Below are positions 20,637 to 29,843 of a DNA stretch of 64,000 bases, in pieces. Both the position numbers and the translations under genes were made by a program. Positions within the stretch are counted from its first letter, which is position 1. Every line of letters begins with the position of its first letter. This DNA is from Candidatus Babeliales bacterium (GTDB lineage Bacteria; Babelota; Babeliae; Babelales; JANWKD01), in assembly GCA_963762115.1 (NCBI GenBank), contig CAVXJH010000003.1, positions 96,001 to 160,000 on the forward strand, in the 5' to 3' direction. The notes beneath the pieces are model-generated. The model searched no databases. It saw only the letters and a program-made list of their open reading frames with translations, and was not told where the DNA came from.

Positions 20637-21734
20637 GTGATTATTTTAAAAAAAATATGTATTTCTCTTCTTTTCTTATCAGTTTTTGTAGCACAAGCAG
20701 CTGACCAAGATTTAATACTATCATTTAATCGCATTAATGATCAAAACATTGAGTGGTATGCTAACAAAGTTAAAACTGAATTAGAACATAATGCACTACA
20801 TAAAAAAGTTATTATTGTTGGCGCTTTAGCCGGTCTTGGGTATGTAACCTATCAGCTTTTATATGGCGGGCAACCTTCACCAATAAAACCTATTGCGAAG
20901 ATTGAAGTGCCACAAACTGATAGTATCATTTCTCAACCTTTAATCGATGTGATAAAACCAATTGAAAAAAAAGAACCAATCTACCCACAATTAACGCCTG
21001 ATGGTGTTTGGTTTTTGAATAGTGAAGGTGCAACTAAGCGAGCAAAAGATAATCTTTCTTTAATTCCTTGGGTATATGTTTGGGCAAAAGAAAATTTTTA
21101 TACTTTGGTACAACAAACTGCTGTGTTGGCTCTTTTTACCGGATTAAATAATTCTCTTGGACCAATTAGTAAGTATATTAATGCTTTAGATGGTGCTGCT
21201 GATAAATTCACTGCTCGCATTTTTCATGCTGGTAACCTTGCATGGTTCCTAAAACAGCATACGCAGCTTTCGTTACTTTTTACTACTCTTGAATATCATG
21301 CTGGCAAACTTGAGAATCGGCCTGTTGTTGTTACACAAACTATTTCATTGCTGTCTGATCAACAACATATAAAGGTTAACCAAGATCTTGTGTCATTAAC
21401 ACAGGAAGAAAAAATCTATCATGTGCAACAGCTTCAACGTAGTTGGAATATTGCCGTACAACAAATTGAATATGTGTTTGGCTTTATGAAATTTTCTTCA
21501 TCGCAAGTCAAATGGTATTCTTTAGCGGCTTTACAAGCGCAATCATTGCAAGCGACTATGCAACATGAATTTGATACCTGTGCGCAAATCTTAGAAAGCA
21601 ATAGTGATATTCTTCTGAATAATTATGAGATTTTATATAAAAAAACATTATTTGAATCATTGCAAATGTTGCATATGAATATTGAGCAAGATCTAAATGC
21701 ATTTGCTGATCTTGAAAAATTGAAATCTTATTAA
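20637..21734 (+). CDS. Exported hypothetical protein with TM helix
   Basis: Signal peptide ending AQA; hydrophobic VIIVGALAGLGYVTY. Confidence 0.7.
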   Translation: MIILKKICISLLFLSVFVAQAADQDLILSFNRINDQNIEWYANKVKTELEHNALHKKVIIVGALAGLGYVTYQLLYGGQPSPIKPIAKIEVPQTDSIISQPLIDVIKPIEKKEPIYPQLTPDGVWFLNSEGATKRAKDNLSLIPWVYVWAKENFYTLVQQTAVLALFTGLNNSLGPISKYINALDGAADKFTARIFHAGNLAWFLKQHTQLSLLFTTLEYHAGKLENRPVVVTQTISLLSDQQHIKVNQDLVSLTQEEKIYHVQQLQRSWNIAVQQIEYVFGFMKFSSSQVKWYSLAALQAQSLQATMQHEFDTCAQILESNSDILLNNYEILYKKTLFESLQMLHMNIEQDLNAFADLEKLKSY

Positions 21735-21750
21735 AAAAATATCAAAAAAA

Positions 21751-21772
21751 AGAGGAGTAGTAATACTCCTCT
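21751..21772. terminator. Terminator hairpin between convergent genes
   Basis: AGAGGAGTA-gtaa-TACTCCTCT preceded by an A-run (U-tail on the minus strand). Confidence 0.75.
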
Positions 21773-21807
21773 CATCATTTAAATTGTTTGTACCTTTTTA
21801 ATATTTA

Positions 21808-23385
21808 TTATGAAAAAGCAAATCCACCTTTAATCCACACTGCCCATTGATTAAGTGCAAAGTTTTTCTTTCCTGAAAACTCAGTTTCACCGCCAATACC
21901 AACAAAGGGACTATAATCACAGTTATCCCACACATAACTCACATGAGCAAAAACTTTATGTGACATTGCCGTTGGGTTGATTGCAGAATCAATTGAGAGG
22001 CTGTCGGTGGAGATATACACATTAGTTGCATCATAAACAGCAGCGTTTGCACCGCTAATAGTTGTTGTGCTGGCTGTTCTATTAACATTAGGATTTGGTC
22101 TAGCGGGTGTACCAGTAGTTCCTGAATCACCGGCAACGCCATAGGTGTTTGCGGGAATTGGTTGTGTGATGACTAACTTATCTTTTGTTCTTACCCAGAA
22201 TTCGTAACCAACATCAAGATTAAAGCCACATCGCTTATAATCAAAAAGCGCAACAAGATTTGCATGAACTGAGTTACTTACTTTACATTCACGTGCTAAA
22301 ACGTTTGGTCCAAATAAGACTTCTCCTGCATAGGCATTATTGGCATATTTTTTGATGAGCAAACGATTGCTTCCTACATTTTGTGTGCCATCAGCATTTT
22401 TTAAATCAAAAATTCTGCGTTGTTTTCCTTTGAATATATGATAAGCAACACCTTGAAGCCATACGCTAAATGATGAATCACAACAATTATTCCAGAATTC
22501 GTAATGTGCATTAAGACCGCCACCAACTTCAAAGCGTTTACCATTACCGCAAATAGGCTCAAATAAGAAAATTGATTCTGGTCTGTTGCCGGTTGGAAAA
22601 ATACCTCTAATGTCTATGCCAACATGATACATATCACAGCACAAGAAATTATAACCTACTGCCAACTCAACGTCAGCAACACGTACCTTAGATTTTTTGC
22701 CGGTTTCTGTATCATCACTTACTCTGCCATATTGTAATGTTTGTTTTAAATCGGGCAAATTAGGGCTGAGAATCTGACCATTGAAAGCTGTTTTTATGCT
22801 GCCAATAGGAGAGCTAACATCGACCGTGTTACCAAGTTGGTTTGCTGCAATGAATTGGCCGGTGGTGTTGACTGTTTGATCAAATGACATTTTCCAACTG
22901 GTCCAGTTAATGGGAACATATAATTCAGCATATAATCCTTGTACCCATTCATCGAAATTTACGCGCACTTGAAAATCAGCAACAAAGTTTTCAACTTGAG
23001 GTAATGCTGTTAAGAGGCCATTGAATTGATCGTTTAAATAAAAATTGCGTCCAAAAATGTCTATGCCAGCAGCAGCTTCAGCACCAAATGTCATGGTATT
23101 CGTACCATTAACAAAGAAATAATCACCAATTTCATCACGATCAAATGAACGCATATAGCTTGGCACTGCGGCAAAGTAACCGTTTAAGCAATCAGTATCA
23201 CAAGGAACAAGAAATTGAGGGGTAACGCCAGCTAATCTTCGGGGTAGATCGTTGCCTTGCGAGCGGTTTGAAAAAAAGTTATGGCCGAAATTTTTTGTCG
23301 ACTCATCTTCTGCAGCAATTATGGTAAAACAAGTTGCAAAAAAGAGGGTAAAATTCAGTATTTTTTTTAGTATTTTTTGATTCAT
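21808..23385 (-). CDS. Predicted outer-membrane beta-barrel protein, Cys-rich loops
   Basis: Signal peptide, amphipathic beta strands, terminal beta-signal WAVWIKGGFAFS; RBS AAGGAG. Confidence 0.7.
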   Translation of the reverse strand: MNQKILKKILNFTLFFATCFTIIAAEDESTKNFGHNFFSNRSQGNDLPRRLAGVTPQFLVPCDTDCLNGYFAAVPSYMRSFDRDEIGDYFFVNGTNTMTFGAEAAAGIDIFGRNFYLNDQFNGLLTALPQVENFVADFQVRVNFDEWVQGLYAELYVPINWTSWKMSFDQTVNTTGQFIAANQLGNTVDVSSPIGSIKTAFNGQILSPNLPDLKQTLQYGRVSDDTETGKKSKVRVADVELAVGYNFLCCDMYHVGIDIRGIFPTGNRPESIFLFEPICGNGKRFEVGGGLNAHYEFWNNCCDSSFSVWLQGVAYHIFKGKQRRIFDLKNADGTQNVGSNRLLIKKYANNAYAGEVLFGPNVLARECKVSNSVHANLVALFDYKRCGFNLDVGYEFWVRTKDKLVITQPIPANTYGVAGDSGTTGTPARPNPNVNRTASTTTISGANAAVYDATNVYISTDSLSIDSAINPTAMSHKVFAHVSYVWDNCDYSPFVGIGGETEFSGKKNFALNQWAVWIKGGFAFS

Positions 23386-23643
23386 ATAAAAATGCTCCTT
23401 TTAGACAATTTTGATCTGATAAGAAAAATAGTTTGATTGTATTTTTTGTAAGAATTTTTCTCCTTTCGTTCTCGATCACCAAACGCTAATATATTTAGCG
23501 TTATTCGTCAAATTATTTATGAGTGGATCGACTGATCAAGAAAAAATACGTATAATGCAAATACTGCAAATGTGAAGTGTTATGTAAAGGAAATTCAATG
23601 AAAATTTAGAAGACCTAATAATCACCTATAACTGACAATGTTT

Positions 23644-23871
23644 CGAAATGTCATTCCGAGGCACATTGTGCCGTGGGAACCCAGATTATAAAATTCTATT
23701 TATTTTTAATTATTTGGGTTGCACAATTTTTACAATAGATTAAAAATTATTTTTATGTATAAGAGATGTTGTTCTGTTTCTTGATCATTGGTTTTTTCAA
23801 TAATGATTTAATTTAACAAAACATTATAATCTGGGTTCCCACGGCACAATGTGCCTCGGAATGACATTTCG
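23644..23871. mobile_element. MITE / REP-doublet element, copy 1
   Basis: Perfect 48-bp inverted repeats (23644-23691, 23824-23871) around a 132-bp AT-rich spacer; homologous to 61902-62093. Confidence 0.8.
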
Positions 23872-23963
23872 GGTTTAATGTCTTTTGTTTTAGGCTTAAT
23901 TCTTTTTAGCTTAGATGATTTTATCTATCGAATTCGCATATTATATATAGTCGAAAGTGATAT

Positions 23964-24752
23964 TTGATGCTTTTGTTACTTATTTTTTTTCTTATTCCAA
24001 TTCTTCTTGAACCTTTTCCCCTAAGCAGTTCCGGACATGCACTGTTATTACATGAATTTTTATCAAAAACCTTTGGGATTTTTTTGTATGAAATTCCTTC
24101 ATATTATGATCATCTTTTGCATGGTCCGATTGCCGTTGTTGTGCTTTTATTTTTTTGGCGGACTTGGTTGCGAATCCTGAAAATAAGTAGCAAAGAGCAG
24201 ATTAAAACGATGTTTGTTGCCGGTGTTATTGCCGATGCAATTACCGTTTTTTGGTATGAATTTTTTTCAGTAGTTGGCACGTCATTTTTCCCTTTGGCGC
24301 TTGGTTTTTTTATTACCGCATGCTTATTATTTTCTCTTGTGTGTTGTGCGACAAAAGTACGAGAGCAACCATTTACTTTGTGGGCGGGGTTACTTCTGGG
24401 TATGACCCAAGGTGTTGCTTTGTTGCCGGGTATTTCACGCTTTGGAACAACGTTTGTTGTTGCTCGTTGGCTTGGCTTTTCAGCGCAAAAAGCATTTATA
24501 TTCTCATTTTTAATTGAATGGCCAATAAGTGTTGCTGGTTTTTTTAAAGGTGCCTATGAAATGCATCAAGCGCAAGGAGATCTGAGTGAATTATTGAATC
24601 TCTCTGTCGGCTTGGTTATTCTAGTAGCAATGCTTGGCGCCTATGGAGGTTTTTGTTTGGTCCAGCACATTATTAATCAAAAAAGATTGTGGTTATTTGG
24701 TTACTATGTTTTGTTTCTTTCGCTGGTTTCTATGATGCTCAATTTTTTTTAA
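23964..24752 (+). CDS. uppP: Undecaprenyl-diphosphate phosphatase
   Basis: EPFPLSSSGH and QGVALLPGISRFGTT BacA motifs; multi-TM. Confidence 0.88.
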   Translation: MMLLLLIFFLIPILLEPFPLSSSGHALLLHEFLSKTFGIFLYEIPSYYDHLLHGPIAVVVLLFFWRTWLRILKISSKEQIKTMFVAGVIADAITVFWYEFFSVVGTSFFPLALGFFITACLLFSLVCCATKVREQPFTLWAGLLLGMTQGVALLPGISRFGTTFVVARWLGFSAQKAFIFSFLIEWPISVAGFFKGAYEMHQAQGDLSELLNLSVGLVILVAMLGAYGGFCLVQHIINQKRLWLFGYYVLFLSLVSMMLNFF

Positions 24753-24768
24753 ATGAACAGGGGGATGT

Positions 24769-27021
24769 GTGTTTAATTTACAAAAATTACGCTCTTTGCA
24801 AGCGTTACTACCGCGTTTTTCAAGAACATTAGTCTATGGCATGAGTATGAGCCTTTTTGCCGTGTGGTTAGCATGTGCATTATGGTCATTTGATAAGCAA
24901 GATCCATCAATTATTTATATTAGTTCTTACAAATTATTTTGTTCTAATATGTGTGGAACTAGCGGCGCACATACTGCTGCATTGTTATTTTTTTTGTGTG
25001 GTAGTGCGGCTTATATTTTTGTTTTTTTTATGGTGTTCGTTGCCTTACGTTGTTTTGCAATGAAAAGTTTTAAATCTGATTTTGATGCTTATATTGCGTA
25101 TGGCACGGCGTTAGCAGCCTTTGCTGGATTGAGCAACATAACGCACGTTGATCCAATGAATGCTCAAGTGCCCGGGGGTGTTCTTGGGTATATGGTTACT
25201 CAAGGGGTGAAGGTATTGTTTGATGACTTTTTAAGCATCATTTTTTTGTGTGTTGTTTTAGCCATAAGCATACTACTTATTTCTAGAATTTCTTTTGTTA
25301 TTGTTGGCAAGTATGGTGTTATAGTAGTTAAACACGTTGGTAAGATGTTGTTGTATGCGGCACCATTAACAGTACGTAGTATAAAGAAATGTACAAAGGC
25401 GTTATATCGCTTATTTGATGGCTCGGAGGTTCAAACAGATTCTTATTCAGTTGTTGAATTTGAATTGGGTGTCATGGATCCGGATAAAATGGTGGATTTG
25501 CAAGCAGAAGAATTTTGGAATAAACGTTTTGCAAAACAACCTGAGCACACAATACAGCAGCCGGCATATAAACAACCGGTAATGCCTGAAAAGCGAGAAA
25601 AAATTTCGGCTGCACTGCAACAAAAAAAAGAATGTCCTTATGTTGTGCCATCATCTTCTTTCTTTACTTGTGCTGACCAGCAGAGTAATAGTAGTGAGCA
25701 GATCAAAAGTAATCAGTTGCTTGCAAAAGTGCTTGAAGAAAAATTAGAACGGTTTGGGATTCATGGTTCAGTCATCTCCATCAAGGTTGGACCGGTGATT
25801 ACTTTGTTTGAATATCAGCCACATATTGATTCTAAAATTAGTAAAATTATTGCTTTAGAAGATGATTTGGCGTTAGCACTTCAAGCGGTGAGTATTCGTA
25901 TCATTGCTCCTATTCCCGGTAGATCGGTGGTGGGTTTTGAAGTTGCCAACAAGCATCGGCGTGGTGTATTACTGGGCAAAGCTTTGCAATCAGCAGAATT
26001 TCAACAAACTTCCTATTATTTACCGTTAGTTTTAGGTGAGGATAGTATTGGGACAACGGTGATTGTTGATTTAGCATCAATGCCGCACCTGCTTGTTGCC
26101 GGCTCAACAGGGTCTGGCAAATCAGTTGCACTGAATGCGATGCTTATCAGTCTGTTGTGTCGCTATTCGCCGCAACATTTGAAACTTCTCTTAATTGATC
26201 CCAAGCGATTAGAATTTGCCGCTTATGCGGATATTCCCCATTTATTAGTGCCAATTGTCACTGATCCGCGAAAAGCTGCGCCGGTATTGCGATGGGTTGT
26301 TTCAGAAATGGAAGAGCGTTATGCGCATATGGAAGCGTGTAAAGTAAGAAACATTTTTGATTATCATCTTTTGTGTCAGCAAAATCCCGAGCTCAAACCC
26401 ATGCCTTTTATGGTTATTGTTATTGATGAATTGTCTGATTTGATGATGACTGCTGCTAAGGAAACTGAAGATTTGATAGCGCGTATTGCCCAAATGGCAC
26501 GCGCAGCTGGCATTCACATGATTGTGGCGACACAACGACCTTCAGTTGATGTTATTACCGGACTAATCAAAGTTAATTTTCCCAGTCGCATTTCCTTTAG
26601 GGTAACTTCAAAAATTGATTCAAGGACTATTTTAGATTGTGGTGGTGCTGATAAGTTACTTGGCAAAGGCGATATGCTTTTTCTTGATTCAGCTTCTCGA
26701 TTGCAGCGTGCTCATGGTGCTTTTGTATCAGATGCAGAGCGAGCTAAATGTGTTGCACATATTCGTGCGCAACAGTTGCCAAATTATATTGATATAATGC
26801 AGGATTTCGCCATTTCATCGGCAGATATTTTTCAAGAAGATGATGCATTGTATCAAGATATTGTTCAATTTGTGAGTACTGTTGATGAAGTTTCAATTTC
26901 ATTATTGCAACGCAAATTTCGTATAGGCTACAATCGCTCAGCACGAATTATAGATCGTTTGCAATCAGAGGGCATAATTATGCAAGAGCCAGGTGGTAAA
27001 ACAAGAAAAGTAATTAAATAA
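24769..27021 (+). CDS. ftsK: DNA translocase FtsK
   Basis: N-terminal TM domain; PHLLVAGSTGSGKSV, IDPKRLE, IDELSDLMM, ATQRPSVDVITG; gamma domain LQRKFRIGYNRSARII. Confidence 0.97.
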   Translation: MFNLQKLRSLQALLPRFSRTLVYGMSMSLFAVWLACALWSFDKQDPSIIYISSYKLFCSNMCGTSGAHTAALLFFLCGSAAYIFVFFMVFVALRCFAMKSFKSDFDAYIAYGTALAAFAGLSNITHVDPMNAQVPGGVLGYMVTQGVKVLFDDFLSIIFLCVVLAISILLISRISFVIVGKYGVIVVKHVGKMLLYAAPLTVRSIKKCTKALYRLFDGSEVQTDSYSVVEFELGVMDPDKMVDLQAEEFWNKRFAKQPEHTIQQPAYKQPVMPEKREKISAALQQKKECPYVVPSSSFFTCADQQSNSSEQIKSNQLLAKVLEEKLERFGIHGSVISIKVGPVITLFEYQPHIDSKISKIIALEDDLALALQAVSIRIIAPIPGRSVVGFEVANKHRRGVLLGKALQSAEFQQTSYYLPLVLGEDSIGTTVIVDLASMPHLLVAGSTGSGKSVALNAMLISLLCRYSPQHLKLLLIDPKRLEFAAYADIPHLLVPIVTDPRKAAPVLRWVVSEMEERYAHMEACKVRNIFDYHLLCQQNPELKPMPFMVIVIDELSDLMMTAAKETEDLIARIAQMARAAGIHMIVATQRPSVDVITGLIKVNFPSRISFRVTSKIDSRTILDCGGADKLLGKGDMLFLDSASRLQRAHGAFVSDAERAKCVAHIRAQQLPNYIDIMQDFAISSADIFQEDDALYQDIVQFVSTVDEVSISLLQRKFRIGYNRSARIIDRLQSEGIIMQEPGGKTRKVIK

Positions 27022-27155
27022 ATTCGACATTTATTACCAATGTTTTATAATTAATTTTTTATATTACTTGACAAGTGATCAAAAAATGACCATTTTGTCC
27101 TCAAGTAAAAGTAATTAACACACATGTTTAATATTAAAAAAGCGGAGATTCATCG

Positions 27156-28553
27156 ATGCGTTTGAGCGAGCATTTTTTAAAAAATGCATTACCAGGAATT
27201 TCATTTGTATCTGAAATATTTCCTGATTTTGCACAGTTTTCAACAGATACGAGAACATTGAATCAAGGTGATATATTTATAGCGCTTGAAGGGCCCCATT
27301 TTGATGGTCATAATTTTATCGATCAAGCAGTTAGTTTGGGCGCATCAGGATTATTGATTGCTGAAAACAAAAAAGAATGTTTAAAAAAAGTTGATAAAGC
27401 TGTTTTGAAAAAAATGTTTGTAGCAACAGTTTCTAATACAAAAACTGCTTTAGTACAACTAGCAACAGCATGGCGCGATCAATTTACCTACCCCGTTGTA
27501 GGTATTACTGGTTCAGTTGGAAAAACATCGACTCGAGAACAATTAACGTCGATTCTTGCGTATAATAAAACAAAGTTTGTTGCAACTACCGACAATCAAA
27601 ATAATATCATTGGTGTGGCGCTCAGTGTTCTTAAAATGCGACCAGAACATGAGGTTGCTGTTTTTGAACTTGGTATTAACAAACGTGGTGAAATGTCTCA
27701 ACTTGTTGCGATTGCAAAACCAACAACGGCATTAATCACCGGCATTGGGCATGCCCATATGGAAGGTCTTGGTTCAATTGTTGATATTGCTGCTGAAAAA
27801 AGAGATATTTTTTCACTTTTTAAAGAAGATAATATTGGTATCATTAATGGTGATCAATTACTTCTATCCAATATTGCTTATCGCCATCCGGTGCTAAAAT
27901 TTGGTTCAAAAACTACGAATCAAGTGCAAGCGCGTAAGATTAGGGTTACGAGTGATCATACATCATTTATCCTAAAATTGTATAATGAAAAATATAAAAT
28001 TGATTTAGAATCAAGTCATGCTGGCGCTGTGTTTAACACGTTGGCAGCTATTTCTATGGCTCATCTTTTGAAAGTTTCAACACCAGTAATTTTGCAAGCT
28101 ATTCAGAAAAAACTTGTTGTTGAAAGCAGATTTGAGCAACGAGCACTTAAGGCAGGTAAAGGTCTTATGATTGATGACTGTTATAATGCAAGCCCAGAAA
28201 GTATGAAAGCTGCCTTGCTTGCTTTGCAAAAAATAGAAACAAAAGCACAAAAAATTGCTGTTTTAGGTGATATGCTTGAGCTCGGCGTGAATAGCCCTTT
28301 TTGGCATCGACAATTGGGTAGATTTTTACGAAAAGTACCAACGTTAAAGAAGGTATATTTAGTTGGCAACCTCGTTGAATGGACCAAGAAAACAGTTCCT
28401 GTTGGATTGGCCGTTGAACATGCTGCAACATGGCAAGATGCTTTAGAGATGGTTAAAACAGATTTGAGAGAAGACTCAGTTGTTTTGGTAAAAGGTTCTA
28501 ATGGTATAGGACTCGGTAATTTGGTACAAGCTATGACACAGGAATCTTTATAA
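27156..28553 (+). CDS. murF: UDP-MurNAc-tripeptide--D-Ala-D-Ala ligase
   Basis: STDTR, GPHFDGH, GITGSVGKTST, IDDCYNASPESM, VLGDMLELG, VLVKGS. Confidence 0.95.
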   Translation: MRLSEHFLKNALPGISFVSEIFPDFAQFSTDTRTLNQGDIFIALEGPHFDGHNFIDQAVSLGASGLLIAENKKECLKKVDKAVLKKMFVATVSNTKTALVQLATAWRDQFTYPVVGITGSVGKTSTREQLTSILAYNKTKFVATTDNQNNIIGVALSVLKMRPEHEVAVFELGINKRGEMSQLVAIAKPTTALITGIGHAHMEGLGSIVDIAAEKRDIFSLFKEDNIGIINGDQLLLSNIAYRHPVLKFGSKTTNQVQARKIRVTSDHTSFILKLYNEKYKIDLESSHAGAVFNTLAAISMAHLLKVSTPVILQAIQKKLVVESRFEQRALKAGKGLMIDDCYNASPESMKAALLALQKIETKAQKIAVLGDMLELGVNSPFWHRQLGRFLRKVPTLKKVYLVGNLVEWTKKTVPVGLAVEHAATWQDALEMVKTDLREDSVVLVKGSNGIGLGNLVQAMTQESL

Positions 28554-28556
28554 TAT

Positions 28557-29444
28557 ATGACGTATCATAAACCAGTATTAATAAAAGAAGTTATTGAATA
28601 TTTAGCGATTAAACCCCACGGACTTTATCTTGATGTAACGTTTGGTGGCGGTGGGCATACCCGCGCAATTTTGGAAGCTGAACCCACATGCTCGGTAGTT
28701 GCCTGTGATTGGGATTCCGTTGCGCTTGAAAAAAATGGGTATCCTATGCAAGAAAAATTTCCAGGGCGGTTAACACTGCTCTGGGCTAACTTTGCGCAGA
28801 TTGATAAGAAATTAAAAAAAGAAGGTATTGAGCACGTTGACGGTATTTTAGCAGATTTTGGTACCTCACAATATCAATTAACTGAGCGTGCTGGTTTTTC
28901 TTTTTTTCAGGATTCTCCTTTGGATATGCGTATGTCGCCTTCGCATCAAAAAGTAACTGCACAAGAATTGGTTAATAAAGCAACAGAATCTAAATTGTGT
29001 GATATTTTCAGCTATTTAGGAGAAGAATCGCGTGCGCGTCAATTTGCACGTTTGATTGTGGAAGAACGTACAAAAAAACCGATATTAACAACGCGCCAAT
29101 TAGCCGTGCTTATTGAGCGTGTTTCGCCACGTGATAAAAAAAGAACACATCCTGCGACAAAAATTTTTCAAGCTTTGCGCATGTATGTAAATAAGGAATT
29201 AGAGAATATTCATTCTTTTTTTCCGTCAGCATTACGTATTCTAAATCCTGGCGGACGATTACTTTGTATTAGTTTTCATTCATTGGAAGATCGTGAAGTA
29301 AAAGATTTCTTTCGTAATGAGCTCCGCTTAGAAATAATTACTGAAAAAGTAGTTGTTGCAACGCCAGAAGAAGTTCGAGAAAATCCTTCTTCTCGTTCAG
29401 CGAAATTACGTGTTGCTCAAATGAAAAAAAATGAATCTAAATAA
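28557..29444 (+). CDS. rsmH: 16S rRNA m4C1402 methyltransferase
   Basis: HKPVL, DVTFGGGGHT, PLDMRM, HPATKIFQALR, ISFHSLEDR, NPSSRSAKLR. Confidence 0.97.
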   Translation: MTYHKPVLIKEVIEYLAIKPHGLYLDVTFGGGGHTRAILEAEPTCSVVACDWDSVALEKNGYPMQEKFPGRLTLLWANFAQIDKKLKKEGIEHVDGILADFGTSQYQLTERAGFSFFQDSPLDMRMSPSHQKVTAQELVNKATESKLCDIFSYLGEESRARQFARLIVEERTKKPILTTRQLAVLIERVSPRDKKRTHPATKIFQALRMYVNKELENIHSFFPSALRILNPGGRLLCISFHSLEDREVKDFFRNELRLEIITEKVVVATPEEVRENPSSRSAKLRVAQMKKNESK

Positions 29445-29445
29445 T

Positions 29446-29474
29446 TTGACAAAATCGATCAGTATCGGTACATT
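29446..29474 (+). promoter_or_regulatory. Sigma70-type promoter for spoVG-tRNA-Gln
   Basis: TTGACA-17 bp-TACATT. Confidence 0.55.
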
Positions 29475-29533
29475 ATGCATAGGTTGCATGACACAGGCAA
29501 CTAAAGTGAGATAGTAACGATCTTTGTAAGGGC

Positions 29534-29824
29534 ATGCAGATGAAAATAACTGAGGTAAAAGTTTATCCAGCAAAAGAAAATGGTAGACTTAAAGCATATG
29601 CAACCGTTGTCTTTGATGACTGTTTTATTGTGAGAGACTTAAAAGTCATTGAAGGCGAAAAGGGTTTGTTTATTTCAATGCCTTCACGTCGACGAAAAGA
29701 TGGTTCATTTCGCGACATAGTTCATCCTCTGAATGCTGATACTCGCAAGATGATTGAAGAATCAATTATCACTGAGTATAACAAAGCAGTCGAATCTGGA
29801 TTCAGTACTGAAGCAGACGAGTAA
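29534..29824 (+). CDS. spoVG: SpoVG family nucleic-acid-binding protein
   Basis: MKITEVKV...LKAYATVVFDDCFIVRDLKVIEG.KGLFISMPSRR..DG.FRDIVHPLN. Confidence 0.95.
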   Translation: MQMKITEVKVYPAKENGRLKAYATVVFDDCFIVRDLKVIEGEKGLFISMPSRRRKDGSFRDIVHPLNADTRKMIEESIITEYNKAVESGFSTEADE

Positions 29825-29843
29825 AAAACACTCCTCTTAAATT

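Noticed and set aside
23644..23871. Possible CRISPR array
   Set aside because: Only two repeats per locus, in inverted orientation; no spacer series and no cas genes
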